Under the pieces are notes generated by a model that worked only from the letters and a program-made list of their open reading frames with translations, was not told where the DNA came from and searched no databases. A stretch of DNA of 64,000 nucleotides from Octopus vulgaris (Eukaryota): contig OX597837.1 in assembly GCA_951406725.2 (NCBI GenBank), positions 8,556,001 through 8,620,000 of the forward strand. Direction: 5' to 3'. The translations under genes were made by a program, and so were the position numbers. Below, in pieces: positions 28,745 through 44,911 of this stretch (position 1 is the stretch's first letter; every line of letters begins with the position of its first letter).

Positions 28745-29289
28745 AAGGCAGCGAGCTGGCAGAAACGTTAGCACGCCGGGCGAAATGCGTAGCAGTATTT
28801 CGTCTGCCGTTACATTCTGAGTTCAAATTCCGTCTAGGTCGACTTTGCCTTTCATCCTTCCGAGGTCGATAAATTAAGTACATGTTACGCACTGGGGACG
28901 GTGTAATCGACTTAATCCCTTTGTCTGTCCTTGTTGTCCCCTCTATGCTTAGACTCTTGTGGACAAGAGATAAGAAACGTTAGCACGCCGGGCGAAATGC
29001 TTAGAAGTATTTCGGTTGCCACTACGTTCTGAGTTCAAATTCCGCCGAGGTCGACTTTGCCTTTTATCCTTTCGTGGTCGATAAATTAAGTACCAGTTAT
29101 CCAAGGATTGACAAACGGATTAAGTCGATTATATCGACCCCAGTGCGTAACTGGTACTTAATTTATCGACCCCGAAAGGATGAAAGGCACAGTCGACCTC
29201 GGCGGAATTTGAACTCAGAACGTAACGGCAGACGAAATACACTACGCATTTCGCCCGGCGTGCTAACGTTTCTGCCAGCTCGCCGCCTT
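28745..29289. mobile_element. Two plus-strand and one minus-strand Meta-like SINE copies forming an inverted pair
   Basis: 28745-28970 and 28974-29099 on plus, 29110-29289 on minus. Confidence 0.88.
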
Positions 29290-30262
29290 CAATTTACAAT
29301 ATAGCCACTTTAATTTTCGTTAACAGCTGACGCCAATCTCTTTGTGCGTCTCCGTGAAACCTACTGCCCATTCTTCTGAGCTTCCTCAAGTGCCTTTTGA
29401 CATAATTTAGCATGACGATTTGGTCCATCGGTTCCTCCTCGTGCCGCTGTTGCACCTCCAATCAAGCATACAGTGTAGATTCTTATTTCTCTGATGCACA
29501 TCAACTGATTCTTTTGCAGATCTCCCCAACTTCTTACTTGTATAACTGACAAAATCTTAACAAGTTTTTACTCTTACATTACGTCTGCCATGATGCATTA
29601 GCTTTCTCTCTCACATTTTTACATTCTCCTCCATGTTTTTGCCCCAAAATCCGCTATTTCGTTTTATCAGATCATACGCCTAAAAAAATGAATGTATATA
29701 TGTTACTTTTTCGTTTTTTGAAGATTGCTATCTCATCTTATTTTCATTTCAAATATATTATTTCTTTGTTAACTTTTATAGTTTTATGATTTCTGAACAA
29801 AAAAAAATTGAGGGAGAAATAATTTCATTCCTAAATCCTTCACTGCGAATGAAAGGGATTTGAGTCCTGTTGTTTTTAAGATTGCTTTAAAGTGAGGAAT
29901 GGTGACGCCAGCTGTCTTTTACGCCTTCAGTTAACTATCTCTTCGGAAATTTACACGCTTATTTGGCATTTCTACATACATACACACATACATACATACA
30001 TACATTCATACATACATACATACATACATACGTACGTACACACATACATATATACTTACATACATATATACACACATGCATACATGCATATATGCATAAT
30101 GCATGCACATGCATACATACAAATGTACGTACATGCGTACATACATACAAATGCGTATACACATACACAAATATTGGTATATGTATATCTCTACGTTCTC
30201 TCTCTCTTCTCTTTCTCTTTCTATCTATCTATTTATCTTTCTATTTATCTACACATACACTT

Positions 30263-30351
<89 letters not shown>

Positions 30352-31270
30352 AATAGATATAGCTATATACAGGGTGGGTTTGATGATTGAGGACAGACTT
30401 ATGCTTATAAACAAAGGATATATTACAGATAATACATTTATTTTTCAGAAAAAGTTATGAGGATAAAAATAAACCTTCTTTTCTATAATGTTGTTCAATA
30501 AGTAAGCGACGCAGTGCTAGTACTTCGCTAAATGTATCCATGTTGCGGCGCTAAACCACCCGAAGGGTCGTCTTATATTGCCTTATATTAAACAACACAA
30601 TAATTTATGAATGCTTTGAATGCGTTCTCATTTCGCCAAGATTTAAGTTCACGGTGTTAGATTAGCTTCTGTCATTAACAGGTAAGTCTTCAAATACGCC
30701 TCACTCAATCGTGACAATATCTCGTTTTTAAACAGACACCCGTAGATGAAAATGTTTGCTTACATCTTATGAGCTTGTTCCGATATGGCAGGTGCAATTC
30801 TAAGCATTTTCAATTTTAGCTTAGAAAATTATTCTCACGGTAATAATCTGCTGAAAAATTAATACTTTCAATTGCATTTTGGAAAAGAAGAAATGGAACA
30901 AAATTTAATTTTCAATAATGCTTGCAAGTCAATAAATTCCATTTGTATGTTATTAAGCCGTTTCCTGATTTTTGTCCGTTAATTAAAAAATATTTTATAA
31001 ATGTGATTATGCAGATGTGTACTTTAGTAAAATCTGCAGAAAACTTCTAAAACAATGCTTTAAAATTTTGAAAACTCGCAGAGAAACTCGTTTTGCAGCG
31101 ATACGATTTCGAGGTCTGCATTTCCGTGCGAGGTTTTGCACAAGTGTTTTGCGCTCAGGGCCGTGGAATGAGTTGAGTGAATAAGATCGTTAGAAACCGT
31201 GTAGATGCCCATCGTTACATGTATATATGTGTATGTATAGCATTTTTTTCTTTTATTTCTTTATTTATTT

Positions 31271-31460
31271 CTGGCCTGGAGCGCCGCATTAGAGGGTGTT
31301 TTTTAGTCTAAGAAATCAACCCTAAGCCTTATTCTTTGTAAACCTAGTACTTTATCTATCGGTCACATTTGCCGAACCGCTATGTTATGGGGACACAAAC
31401 ACACTAGCATCGGTTGTCAAGCGATGGCAGGGGGACAAACACAGACACACATACATAGAT
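31271..31460 (-). mobile_element. Degenerate OK/OR-type SINE 3' half
   Basis: tattctttgtaaacctagtac...tttgccgaaccgcta...gcatcggttgtcaagcgatg. Confidence 0.75.
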
Positions 31461-32993
31461 ACTTACATACACACACTCAGACTCACAAACACACATAAAT
31501 ATATAATTATAATTCTGTTGAAGACAAGCCGCACACCGATCCCCCTGAAAACGACGATAGAACGGTGTTACTGCCATTTTTGTTTTGTTCCCAATTCGGA
31601 TGTTTGTTTTTTTTTCTTTGTTTCTATCTACTTTTACTATCCGGAAGGTCTTCGAGTCAGCTTTAACTGTAATTTATCGCAGTTTGAGCACCTGTATTAG
31701 AGACAACGGACCCTAAATTGCTCGCGACCCAAACGCCTTCGTTTCTCTATAAATCACAATGTGTCTCGAAGCACGAAACACGATTTTACTATTGGAATAT
31801 TTGGTAAAGTAAAATACGCTGAAAAATAAGAAATATAATAATTATAAACCATAGTCGTTAGACCTACAACAAATTTACTGCAACCAAAAATTTGAAGAAT
31901 ATTTCACCGCGAAAAATGTCAAATTTAAAAAAAATTCCATTTAAAGACTAACGTTATTGATTTTCGAAAATGTTTCTAGATAGAAAAAAATAGACTAGAT
32001 AGTGTAGAGGCTGATACCCAATAAATCATATCTATGTTAGTTTTCTCATAAGACTATTTGTTCATGCACTTATATCCTCACAGGAGCGGACATAACCTTG
32101 TGTTGTTTTAGACTTGTTACAGGTATTCTCGTTTATCACGGGGTTTCGGTAAAGAAAGGAAACGAAACACATTATAAACGAATCAGTGGTAATTGAATCC
32201 CCTCTTGTGAATGTAACGAATGGAAGATTCATAGGCACCAACCTGGCAGCTCACAGCACCTAATCATCCCCCGTCACGTATTTTTTTTATCATATTACTT
32301 GTAGAGAATATTCACGTCTGTATCGTGTATTAGGATCAGGGGACTCCTTCGAATATTTTTAGTTCACTCGTCGCTTCTTGATGAGTTACAGAAAGTACAT
32401 GAGTACAAAAATGGCCCAGCTTCAAGCACGGTGTTGGAAACACAAGAGATAATCAGCATATTTTTGGAAGATGATCACTAGAAGGGCGTTTTTGCAGATT
32501 AATTCGAGATAAGCCTAAATGATTCACAAAAGAGCGTATCGTGATGTCTCAGATAACGATGAATGAGTCATGGTTAAGCAAGGTTACAGGTATGAGATTT
32601 TAAGAAGGGCTTAAAAATATAGCGAGGGATTAACCAGTCAAAGGAGGAATATAAGATGGCGGATTTGCAAAATCAAAATTTTGTTTTTATCCAGAGAAAT
32701 TGTTTACAGCAGAAGCTATAGTAATAGGCGACATTAAGCGTAATAATCTGATGGTATGATAATATTGATGTCTGCCTGCTATTAATAGACAAAATAAGAT
32801 ATGATAAATATATGAAAGAATGTCACTTGAAGAATGCATTAGCAGTGAAAAGACAATGTGTAAATATATGCAAACGCAAGCACATCTCTGTAGACAGTAC
32901 ATACATACAACATAGTTACATCCATACATAAATGCTTACGTACAAAAACAAACACACACAAATACACAGACAAACATATACACAGACACACAC

Positions 32994-33054
<61 letters not shown>

Positions 33055-33118
33055 TATATAGATATACATATATATATATATATATATTCACAAAAACATA
33101 TATACGGACACTAGTGGA

Positions 33119-33187
<69 letters not shown>

Positions 33188-33791
33188 AATGAATGTGTGT
33201 ATGTATGTATGTACTTAGGTATGTTTGTATATGCATGTAAACAGCAAGAGTGGGAGTGAGAGAGTGAACAAAAATATGTATACACATACACATACCCACA
33301 TACACTGTATACATATGCACATAAACACACAGATACGTATATCTGTATTTATGTGTATGTGTGTGAGTGCATACGAATCTGCCTGTGTTTGTCCACAAAC
33401 ACAGGTGATCAAATTTTGATTAATATTTGTGATCAGCGAAGATCAAGCAATTGCCTGTATTTATGAACAAAGTAAATATTTATTCATCCAACGACAAATC
33501 AAACACACACACACACAGCACACACACTAGCACACGCACACACTCACACTCGTATGCACAGAGACGTGGGTGTCAGTATGTGTGTGTGATTGTGTGTGTG
33601 TGTGTGTGTGTGTATGTGTGTGTGTCAGTGAGTGTTTGTTGCAGAGTCAGCGCAATGAACTGGTAGATACGTTAGAGCGAGATGCAGTATGGTTTTCGGT
33701 TCCTTCCAATATGAGATCAAATGCCATGTAGGGAAACATGAAGAAGGTGTCATTACACAAACACAGACACACAAATAAAAGGACACAGACA

Positions 33792-33846
<55 letters not shown>

Positions 33847-33897
33847 AAACAGATACAGACACGCACACAGAAACAGACACAGACACACACAGACACA

Positions 33898-33936
<39 letters not shown>

Positions 33937-34235
33937 AGACACACACGGAGACACACACACACACACACACACAAACAAACAGACACAGACACACGCACAC
34001 AGATACACACACACAGATACACACACACACACAGAAACAGACACAGACACCGAAACACACACACAGAGACACAAACACACACACACAGAGACACAGACAC
34101 ATACACACAGACATATATATATATATATACATACAGAGAGAGAGAGAGATTGGATGAGAGGAAGACATTTAGATCTAGTTATCTGCCATGTGTCTCTCAT
34201 CGTGCGTATATAAAAATATATATAAATAAATATAA

Positions 34236-34316
<81 letters not shown>

Positions 34317-34628
34317 TACATATTTATATACGTATATATGCAGGGTAGGAGAGAGAAATATAGATATGTCTTTCTCTGTATCACATACAATGTGGATATA
34401 TGGATATATGTAATTGTATACGATATGTGTATGTGTTGTGTGTGTGAGCTTGTTTATCTGTGTGTGTGTGTGCTGTGTTATAAAACCACACATTTAACTA
34501 CAGATACATATGATTGCATGAATCTGTTTTCTTTGATTTTTCCTTTTTGTGTCAGTGCTGCGTCCATATACATCAAAAATGTAGACATGTCTCTCTATCT
34601 CCGCGCCATGTATGCCACTCACGGTCTG

Positions 34629-34701
<73 letters not shown>

Positions 34702-34810
34702 CATAAAATATATAATATATATTAAAATGATAACAGCAAAAATATATATATATATATAATTATATATATACAATATCATAAAATATATAATATATATTAA
34801 AATGATAACA

Positions 34811-34856
<46 letters not shown>

Positions 34857-35077
34857 GCAGAGACATACGCATATAAATGAAGTGTTGTATGCCCGTGTAT
34901 ACGAATGTATCTAATTTTGTATATAGATACTTGTATATACATACAGAGAGAGGTAGAGAAAGAAACTGCAGAGAGGGAATTTGTTTTGATAGATCGCTTT
35001 GATAACAGTGATTGCATCGACCTCATACTCTCTTTCCCTCTCCTTTACTCTGTATGCACACACACACACACACGCAT

Positions 35078-35139
<62 letters not shown>

Positions 35140-35300
35140 ATGTATATGTATATTGATATAGGTACAGGCATACACATACGTACTTATGTTGCGCCTGTGC
35201 GTATTCGTGTAAGTGCGTGTGTGCATATGATCGTGTGCTCCTTTGTCTCTATGTGTTTGTATATGCATAACTTCGTATATATATATATATATATATATGT

Positions 35301-35341
<41 letters not shown>

Positions 35342-35449
35342 TATATGTATTGAAAATTAATGCGTGGTGTTCAATTAGATAATTATATAAATAAGATAAT
35401 TATATAAATAATATATATATTATTTATAAAACTGAAAACTGAATATTAA

Positions 35450-36268
35450 ACTTACAGGATACACCGGTCCACAGGGAATTTCAATCCCAGAGCCTAAGTC
35501 TGTGAGGGACCTGGGTATCGACATGAGTGATGATACCTCTTTCCAAGTGCACATTACCAGGATGGCGACAAAGTGCAGACGACTGGCTGGGTGGATCCTA
35601 AGAACATTCAGAACCAGAGATAAGGAAACCATGATGGTCCTCTGGCGGACATTCGTCCTCAGTCGCCTGGATTACTGCTCACAGCTATGGTCACCCACCA
35701 GTGTAAAATTAACAGCGGACCTTGAAGCAATCCAGAGAAGATTCACAAAGAAGATCGTCTCTTTGCAACAGCTCAGCTACTGGGAAAGTTTGAAACAGCC
35801 AAGACTCTACTCCCTGGAGAGAAGACGGGAGAGGTATGCAGTAATATATGTCTGGAAGATCCTGGAAGGAATTGTGCCAAATTTTGGCATTGAAAGCTAC
35901 ACCAATGCCAGAACAGGACGACACTGCGTAGTGCCAAAAATCCCAGCAATGCCATCACGCTTCAGAACCAGCTTCTGCAACAGCCTGGGTTTCAAGGGCC
36001 CACAGCTTTTTAATATTCTCCCAAAGAGTCTGAGGAACTTGCACAATGTAGATGTAGCGGTTTTAAATCAAAGCTGGACATTTTCCTGTCAAGAGTCCCA
36101 GATGAACCTACCTCACGGCAAGAGGTGCAAATGAGAGTAGCTGTATCAAACTCTATTCTTCACCAAGTGCCACATATTAGAGGAGGTTCGTCGTAATAAC
36201 AGTGTAGCACAAAACGGCGGTGCATCAGCATGGCCGCAGCTCTGAGCTGAAACTAGAGAAAAAAAAAA
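35450..36268 (+). mobile_element. 5'-truncated CR1-group LINE (CR1/L2/Crack-like): RT C-terminal region plus 3' UTR
   Basis: VRDLGIDMSDDTSF..H..., LWRTFVLSRLDYCSQLWSP, LEAIQRRFTKKI, LYSLERRRER, KGPQLFNILPKSLR; after a frameshift FKSKLDIFLSRVPDEP; 3' hairpin and A-rich tail. Confidence 0.9.
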
Positions 36269-36553
36269 TATATATATATGAGTGTGTATATATATGTATA
36301 TATATATGGGTGTGTGTATATACATATATATATTATTTATATATTTACATATATCTAAAAAGTATACCTTTATATTTCAGTCTCTCTGTCTCTCTCTATG
36401 TCTCCATCTTGCTACTACTCTCTGTGCTCCTGTAGATGAATGTATATATACATATATATGAATGCGTGTCTGTGTATAGAAGTATATGTGTAATTGTATA
36501 TGTGTGTATATATATATATATATGTATGTTAGTGTGTTTTTGGATAGTATATA

Positions 36554-36631
<78 letters not shown>

Positions 36632-36789
36632 CATATTTCTGCTGTTTATAGCAGTGCTTGGAAAGAAGGTGTGAGGTGCGTGATCGTCGCACTGACAATA
36701 ACAGAGAAAGTGGAACAGAGAGTCTGCATAACTGCTCAAAGGCCTACGCAATGTTTTCAAAAACTTTTCATCGTTCTCGACATAATCAA

Positions 36790-37105
36790 GGACATCCGAA
36801 TGTGTTTTTGGTCAGCTGGAAACTGCTTCGGCAAAAGCTTGGCAGACACACGTCTCATACCCAAATCTTCAGTGATAATATGATTGAACTGAACCGTAAC
36901 TAATCTGCACAGCCACCGATGTCCTTCTCCGTTCTGTTGGCTGCGGTTCACCCAGATCGTTCCTGAATATCGACATTTTTTCGGGCCATCCTGGAAACAT
37001 CGGAATCACTCATACACCTACGTGCAGCTCATACAATTCCTCTCCATAAACTTTCTGCAACATTTCGTAAGCCTCTGAGTAGGTATCGCCATGGCAACTT
37101 TCTCT
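36790..37105 (-). mobile_element. Mariner transposase N-terminal pseudogene fragment
   Basis: Minus-strand EAYEMLQKVYGEE, VYE*FRCFQDG and ITEDLGMRRVSAKLLPKQ with stops and frameshifts. A small plus-strand fragment (KVEQRVCI..AYAMF) lies at ~36695-36765. Confidence 0.8.
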
Positions 37106-37343
37106 AAGCTAGAAAATTAAAACTTTATGCGCATGTACAGCAGAGTTGACGGTCAATCATTGCCAAGCGTCTTCACTCTCCATGCTTTAGCTTCGTTACT
37201 ATGGCAACAGTCCCGATACTTATTGATTAGACCTCGTATGCATGTGTGCGTAAGAACAGCACTACCCTGCATGCCCAAATATCTGAATAGGGTCCATTGT
37301 TTTCTTCGCTTGAGCCTTTTAGAATATCAGCGGCTATTATTTT

Positions 37344-38374
<1,031 letters not shown>

Positions 38375-38853
38375 ATATTTTCCGAATTTTGGCCCTAAGA
38401 TAAAGGGCCAACCATTGAAATATCTTTGTCCAGGTACTTTACACGAAAGGAGAAAAAAAAATTATGATATTTATATGAAACATCGCGATGGAGGTTTTTT
38501 AGCATCAGTAAATATAACGTTATTATTGTGACATCTGTTTATATTCTGTGTTGAAATCTCGATGAAATTAATTTTGCTTTTCATCATCTGTGAAGGTTCG
38601 ACAAAATTAGACAGAACTGGCCTAGAACTGGGATGGAATCGACATCTCGAAATTACTGGTCATGTGCCAAATTTAGAAACAATTATATTTCTATCATAGG
38701 AATTCCTGTTATATACTCTTTCTCTGTCTTTCTATCAGCCTGAATACATAAATACATATATATACATACATATATACATATATATATACATATATACATA
38801 CATATATACATACATACATACATACATACATACATACATACATACATACATAG

Positions 38854-38886
<33 letters not shown>

Positions 38887-38892
38887 CATACA

Positions 38893-38956
<64 letters not shown>

Positions 38957-39135
38957 CACAAATATACAATGATTGATAGAGAAAGAGAGAAAGAGAGAAA
39001 GAGAGCGAGGGTGAGAGATACGTGCATACTTACATACACATATTGTTGTGTATTTATGTGCGTGTGTATATGCATGTGTGTCTGCATCAACACATATGTA
39101 AGTCATTCAAACGCAGACACACACAAACACACACA

Positions 39136-39166
<31 letters not shown>

Positions 39167-40368
39167 GCATACACCACACATGCACGCGTGCGCGCTAATA
39201 AGTATAAGTTCATGCACATAGGTTTCCATATCGATTGAAGAGATCTGAGGAGCCATAATACCATAATACCATATAAGGTGACAACATGTCACAACTGATG
39301 GAAAGTCTTGATGGAACTGGGGACGCACATTCCTCTCCCTGATTGGCGTTTCTGCAGACATGGCACGGCACTAGAGATTATCTTGTCACCTACATTCTCA
39401 AAGGAATTTTCTTATTTCAATCTCTGCAAAATTTCATTCCAAAACTAAGGCGTCCAACACTTTTCTTTCTTCAGTAAATCTCAGATAACATAATTTACAT
39501 ATGTTCACACAAAACTCAGATGCTGAATATCTCTCTTCCTCTCTCTTTCTCCCTCATTTTCTCTCTCGTTCGCTCTTTGTTTTTCACCTTTTCTCTGTCT
39601 CTTTTTCCTTTCTATTTCCCTTACTTCGACCTTCACCCTTTTTATCTCCCACTTTACAAACTTTACCTCTTCTTTCTCTCCTACCTCCATATCCTCACTT
39701 TATCTCTACTTCTTACACGTCTCCGTTCTTCACCTTCCATCTTACCTCTTCCTTTTCCCTTTTCTCTCCCCTCTCTCCTTCATTTTCTTAAAAATTTTTC
39801 TCTTTCTCTACTCATACGTTTCTCCCTTATCTCTTAATTTCTCCGTCAGGCTCGCTCTCATTTCCCTCTGCATCACTCTTTTTCTTTCTCCCTCTCTCTC
39901 TATCTTCCCTTCAAACCCGGTGCTATGTAAATTCACAGACATCAATACACGGATGCTCTCATCATATGACAGATGTTCAAATCACGTTCTTTAGATAAAA
40001 TTTTATCATAACACATACAGAGTCAAATTGACGCGAGTATTAACACATCAAAACGACAGCTGAAAATTATCATCACGTATGGAAAAAGACAAAATTATAT
40101 GAATCATTCATCTTTAAAAGTATGAACCTAAACCCTAAACGTGTTTCTATGTTATTAGGTATTTACAGCGAAGTATAAACTAGCTCGCGGTGATTAAAGT
40201 TCTTTCTTACACACAGATTTAAATTGAGGAAAATATTAACGCATAACAACGACATCTGAAGATCATTATCCCTCATAAAAAGGGACAAAATTAGGTGAAC
40301 TATTTATCTTTACAAGTACGAGAGCTAATTGTCCCTATGAAACCGCGTCTTCAGTCTTCATCGTAGTA

Positions 40369-40850
40369 TTGGGTCAGCCCACATATAATGCGGTTTATTC
40401 AAAAGGGGGGATAAACTATCTGCATCAATTTGCAGTTCGATTTCAAGAAATTTTTTCAAAGTCATACTGGAAGTGGCAAAGGGGCATATTCAATATATCT
40501 TGCCTTATAAGCTGCGTAAAGGCAACAATGCAACGGAAAGCACGAGAAATATTAATGGACAATAACCGTAAGCCAGTGCCAATGGTGGTTCCAGAAATTT
40601 CGAAGCGGAAACTACAGCCTAGAAGACGAGCTTCGTCGTGGAAGATCTGTAGAACTCGACGAGGGCGTCCTGCAAACCCTGGCGGAACAAAATCCCATTG
40701 TAACTGTTGTGCAACTAGAAGAGTAGCTTGGATTTGGTCATTCAACCAATCATCGACACCGGCGCGCCATCGGAAAAGTCAGCAATTGAGTCAATGGTCT
40801 TCACACAAACTTAGAGAGTTTCATCGCGCGCAGAGAGTGAATGAACATCT
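40369..40850 (+). mobile_element. Mariner 5' remnant (TIR plus degenerate HTH region)
   Basis: TA|TTGGGTCAGCCC TIR-like start; peptides LEVAKGHIQYILPYKLRKGNNATESTRNIN, CQWWFQKFRSGNYSLEDELRRGR and QWSSHKL (WVPHEL equivalent). Confidence 0.85.
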
Positions 40851-40923
40851 TCCATGCTGCAATTGATTATGCGTGTGTGTGTCTGTATACATACATACAT
40901 ACATACATACATACATACATACA

Positions 40924-40990
<67 letters not shown>

Positions 40991-41191
40991 CTATGTCTCT
41001 ATATATATATATGTATATATATACTTAGTAGTAACAGAAAAGAGGAATTTCGTTTGTCCCCACGTGGTGGATTGTAATGTATATAAGAAATTAAAAAAGG
41101 AAAATACGCACACTTACGTGGTTTTAATAGAATTTTTAATATATCGACCGGTTTCGCAATCGCTATTCATGATATTTACCTTTTTTAATTT

Positions 41192-41248
<57 letters not shown>

Positions 41249-41254
41249 CTCTCT

Positions 41255-41292
<38 letters not shown>

Positions 41293-42982
41293 CTATCTCT
41301 GTGTGTGTGTTATCGCTCTCTATATAAAATTCTTTGGCTGTGTGTTTTTCTATGCATTCTCAAACGGCTCGACCAAATCAAATGAAATTTTACAATGTAT
41401 TAGACCCCGCGAGTGTCAACGTGTAATTTTTTTATTTTCGTTTAGATTAAAGCAGTATAACATTTTATCTAAAATAATCTTTCTATAGTCAACTATAGTA
41501 AAGAAGATTTTACACAGCGGCGATGACTACATCACATTTTTTACATGAATATGTATGTGTCCACGAGGGTGTGTGTGTGTGTTGATGCGTTCGTTACGTA
41601 TGTTAAGCCTCAGAGAATTAAACGTACACACATCTACACATACGTATACATATGTGTATATGAGTGTGTATGTAGCTATGAGTGTATGTGTGAGTGTTTG
41701 CACGTTCGTTACGTACGTTTGGCCTTAGAGAATTAAACACACACACACACACATCTACACATACATATACATATGTGATGTCTGACAAGTATATATGTGT
41801 GAGTGCGTGAGATTGTAAGTGTGTGTGTGTACATAGCTTTTTTATGACGACTGACTCAAACACACACACACAAACACATCTAAAGAGAGAGAGTGTGATA
41901 GACACAGAGGGAGATATACAGGCTGTTTTACAGAGAATTACAATTAAAGTGTTAGATATTCAGAGTGAGAGAGAGAGAGAGAGAGAGAGAAAGTGGGAGA
42001 GGTACCCGGAGGTGTGTGTGAATGTATGTGTGTGTGTCTGTTTTAGTATATATATGTGAGTGTATGAGAGTATGTGTGTGATAATATTTATTTTCGTTTG
42101 TATTAAAACAATATAACACTTTATCTACAGACATCTACCCATGCATATACATATGTGATTGACAAGTATTTAATGAATATTATTTACCCTGAGGTGTGTG
42201 TGATTGTATATCTGTGTGTGTCTGTCTTAGTATATGTATGTGGTGAGTGTATGTGTGATAATGTTTATTTTCATTATACTTAAAATTATCTTACATTTGA
42301 AGACGTGTGAAAGAATTTCATCTTACAAGTAGCATGAGAATACTTCTACAAGGTGAACATACTACGGTGCGTTCTCAGAGGAGCTTCTTAAGGTTGGTAT
42401 TGGGATATTAATATTCAGCCCAAGATTTCACCTCCCGTATATCCTCGAGTATAATCCGCTCTTTTTTCCCAAAGTTTAAAGGTCCAAATCCTTTGTGCGT
42501 ACTATATACGAGGTTAAAAATGAAAAATATTTTCTAAGCAATGTCCGAGTCTCTATTTGCAGTCCGGCAATGTTTATTCAGACGCATTTTGTGATGTCGG
42601 GCGCGAAAATACCTTAAGCTAAGCCTGAAAGGAATGAAGTCATACAAGAATCATCCATAACTTGCAATAAGCAATATTTACTAAACGTTATTACTGTTAT
42701 TTCTTTATTTTCTGCAAACAAAATGCACAAAAAAGCTACATTTTGCATTATGTTATATATATATTTATATATATATATACACTTATTATAAAGAACGTTA
42801 CCGCATACATTTTTACAAACCAAGGACGTTATATAGACCTCCTTGACTCAAGTTAGAGAAGGGGTGCGTATATAAAGCTTCTCTGTATATATATTTGCAA
42901 AATGTTATCGGGCGACGATCATAAAAATTTTCATCTTACCTGTAGGAAGAACAATAAATAATCGTACAACCTAGATGTTGAT

Positions 42983-43058
42983 AATCAAGGTCCTAGGTTT
43001 CGAACTTTCCAAACTACGTTTCTTAACATAAATTTGATTAGTTCTCATCAGCTAGATT
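42983..43058 (-). ncRNA. Type I hammerhead motif with mutated cleavage triplet
   Basis: Minus strand: AATCTAG-CTGATGA-GAACT...AGTTC-GAAA-CCTAGG-AC-CTTGATT. Stem I pairs 6 of 7, stem III palindromic, triplet GAC rather than GUC. Confidence 0.75.
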
Positions 43059-43397
43059 CACCTGGATAAAATCTTAAATTTCGCTAGATCAATACCAATA
43101 TACACTCGTCCAAAACGCGTTTATATATATATATATATGGCCATGAATTTGCTTATAACATTTGTTTCGTACACTGTTGATCTGTCTCGACATAATGCAC
43201 TAAAATGGTTCCCTGATGGAATTGCATTCAACTGCAGTAAGAAAAACTACTTAAGAGAATGGAAATGGCGAAAGATATGTCAGCAACAAATGGCCAAAAC
43301 GGTGTCTTCGATTATCATATTTTTGTATAAACATACATTCAAATACATACGCGCACACACATATATATATGTTTAGAAAGATAGATAAATATAAAGG

Positions 43398-43466
<69 letters not shown>

Positions 43467-43544
43467 TGGTAAGTAGATAGATAGATAGATAGATAGATAA
43501 ATGGATGCATGGATGGATAGATAGATAGATATATATATATATAT

Positions 43545-43630
<86 letters not shown>

Positions 43631-44035
43631 GGATAGGGACACAGGGTGAACATTTTCGCGGTTGTGCAAATGCATAGACGACGGTATTTCCTAATTGATT
43701 TATATATACTGCGTGGCAAGTTCATACATGTAGATATATATGTCTGTGTGTGTGTGTTTATGGACTAACTTACACACAGACACACACACAGACACACAGA
43801 CACACACACGTACACACATACACACACACACACATATATATATATACACGCATGAGTGCATATATTCAAGTAGGACATAAATATGATGTATAATGTTTGC
43901 CTATTTAATATAAGTAGCGTTTGATAAACCTGTAATCAAATTTTATTTCTTCCTTCGTTAGGAATATACCTCGCGGCTTCCATACAATATCAATATATCA
44001 TAAAGACAGCTACAATGTAAACCATACGCATACCT

Positions 44036-44091
<56 letters not shown>

Positions 44092-44348
44092 GTATGTATA
44101 TGCCTATATACAGACGTATTTGTGTGTATTGTATGTGTGCTTACACAGGAATATATTCGTTCATATGTAGGTAAAAAAAATACACTCGCACACAGACATA
44201 CGCATATATATATATGTGCCTTGACATCAGGATGTTTCTGCATTACTATAATTATAGACAACTTAATATAGAATTATATGCACTTTTACATACATGCAAA
44301 TAAAAACAGGAAAAAAACACACGTATATAAAACATGTATATATACATA

Positions 44349-44393
<45 letters not shown>

Positions 44394-44824
44394 ACATCTC
44401 TCTAAATATATATATATATAAGTAAAGTTATATATATGTATATATATATACGTAAAGATCTATATGTGTGCACTTAATGTACTCGGAGTACATTTGCACT
44501 CGTGTATATGTGGGCGCAGATAATATTAGATTATCTATACACACACACACATACACACACATATGTATACATGTTGAAACACACAAGTATACTTATCGAT
44601 CAATATATATGTCTATCTATCAACCTATCTATATTTCTTTCTGTCTATGTAACTATCTATCCATCTAAACACCCTCATGTTTGAAAGTATATACACATAT
44701 ATAAACACATATAGACACATATATAAACACAAAAATATGTATATGCTTATGTATAGGTATCTGTGTATGTTTTAAATCTCTCTTTTACCATCTGCCTCTC
44801 CTCTCTCTCTCTCTCTCTCTATTA

Positions 44825-44867
<43 letters not shown>

Positions 44868-44880
44868 ATATATATATATG

Positions 44881-44911
<31 letters not shown>

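Noticed and set aside
29361-29552. 63-aa minus ORF as an exon
   Set aside because: No recognisable motif or donor site; indistinguishable from a decayed repeat or chance.
30368-30420. TA-CAGGGTG Tc1-like end; also CAGTGGTT hAT-like starts near 57869 and 63261
   Set aside because: No matching opposite terminus or TSD could be located by eye.
40369-40866. 165-aa plus ORF and 100-aa minus ORF as novel proteins
   Set aside because: They are largely off-frame or antisense readings of a decayed mariner transposase.
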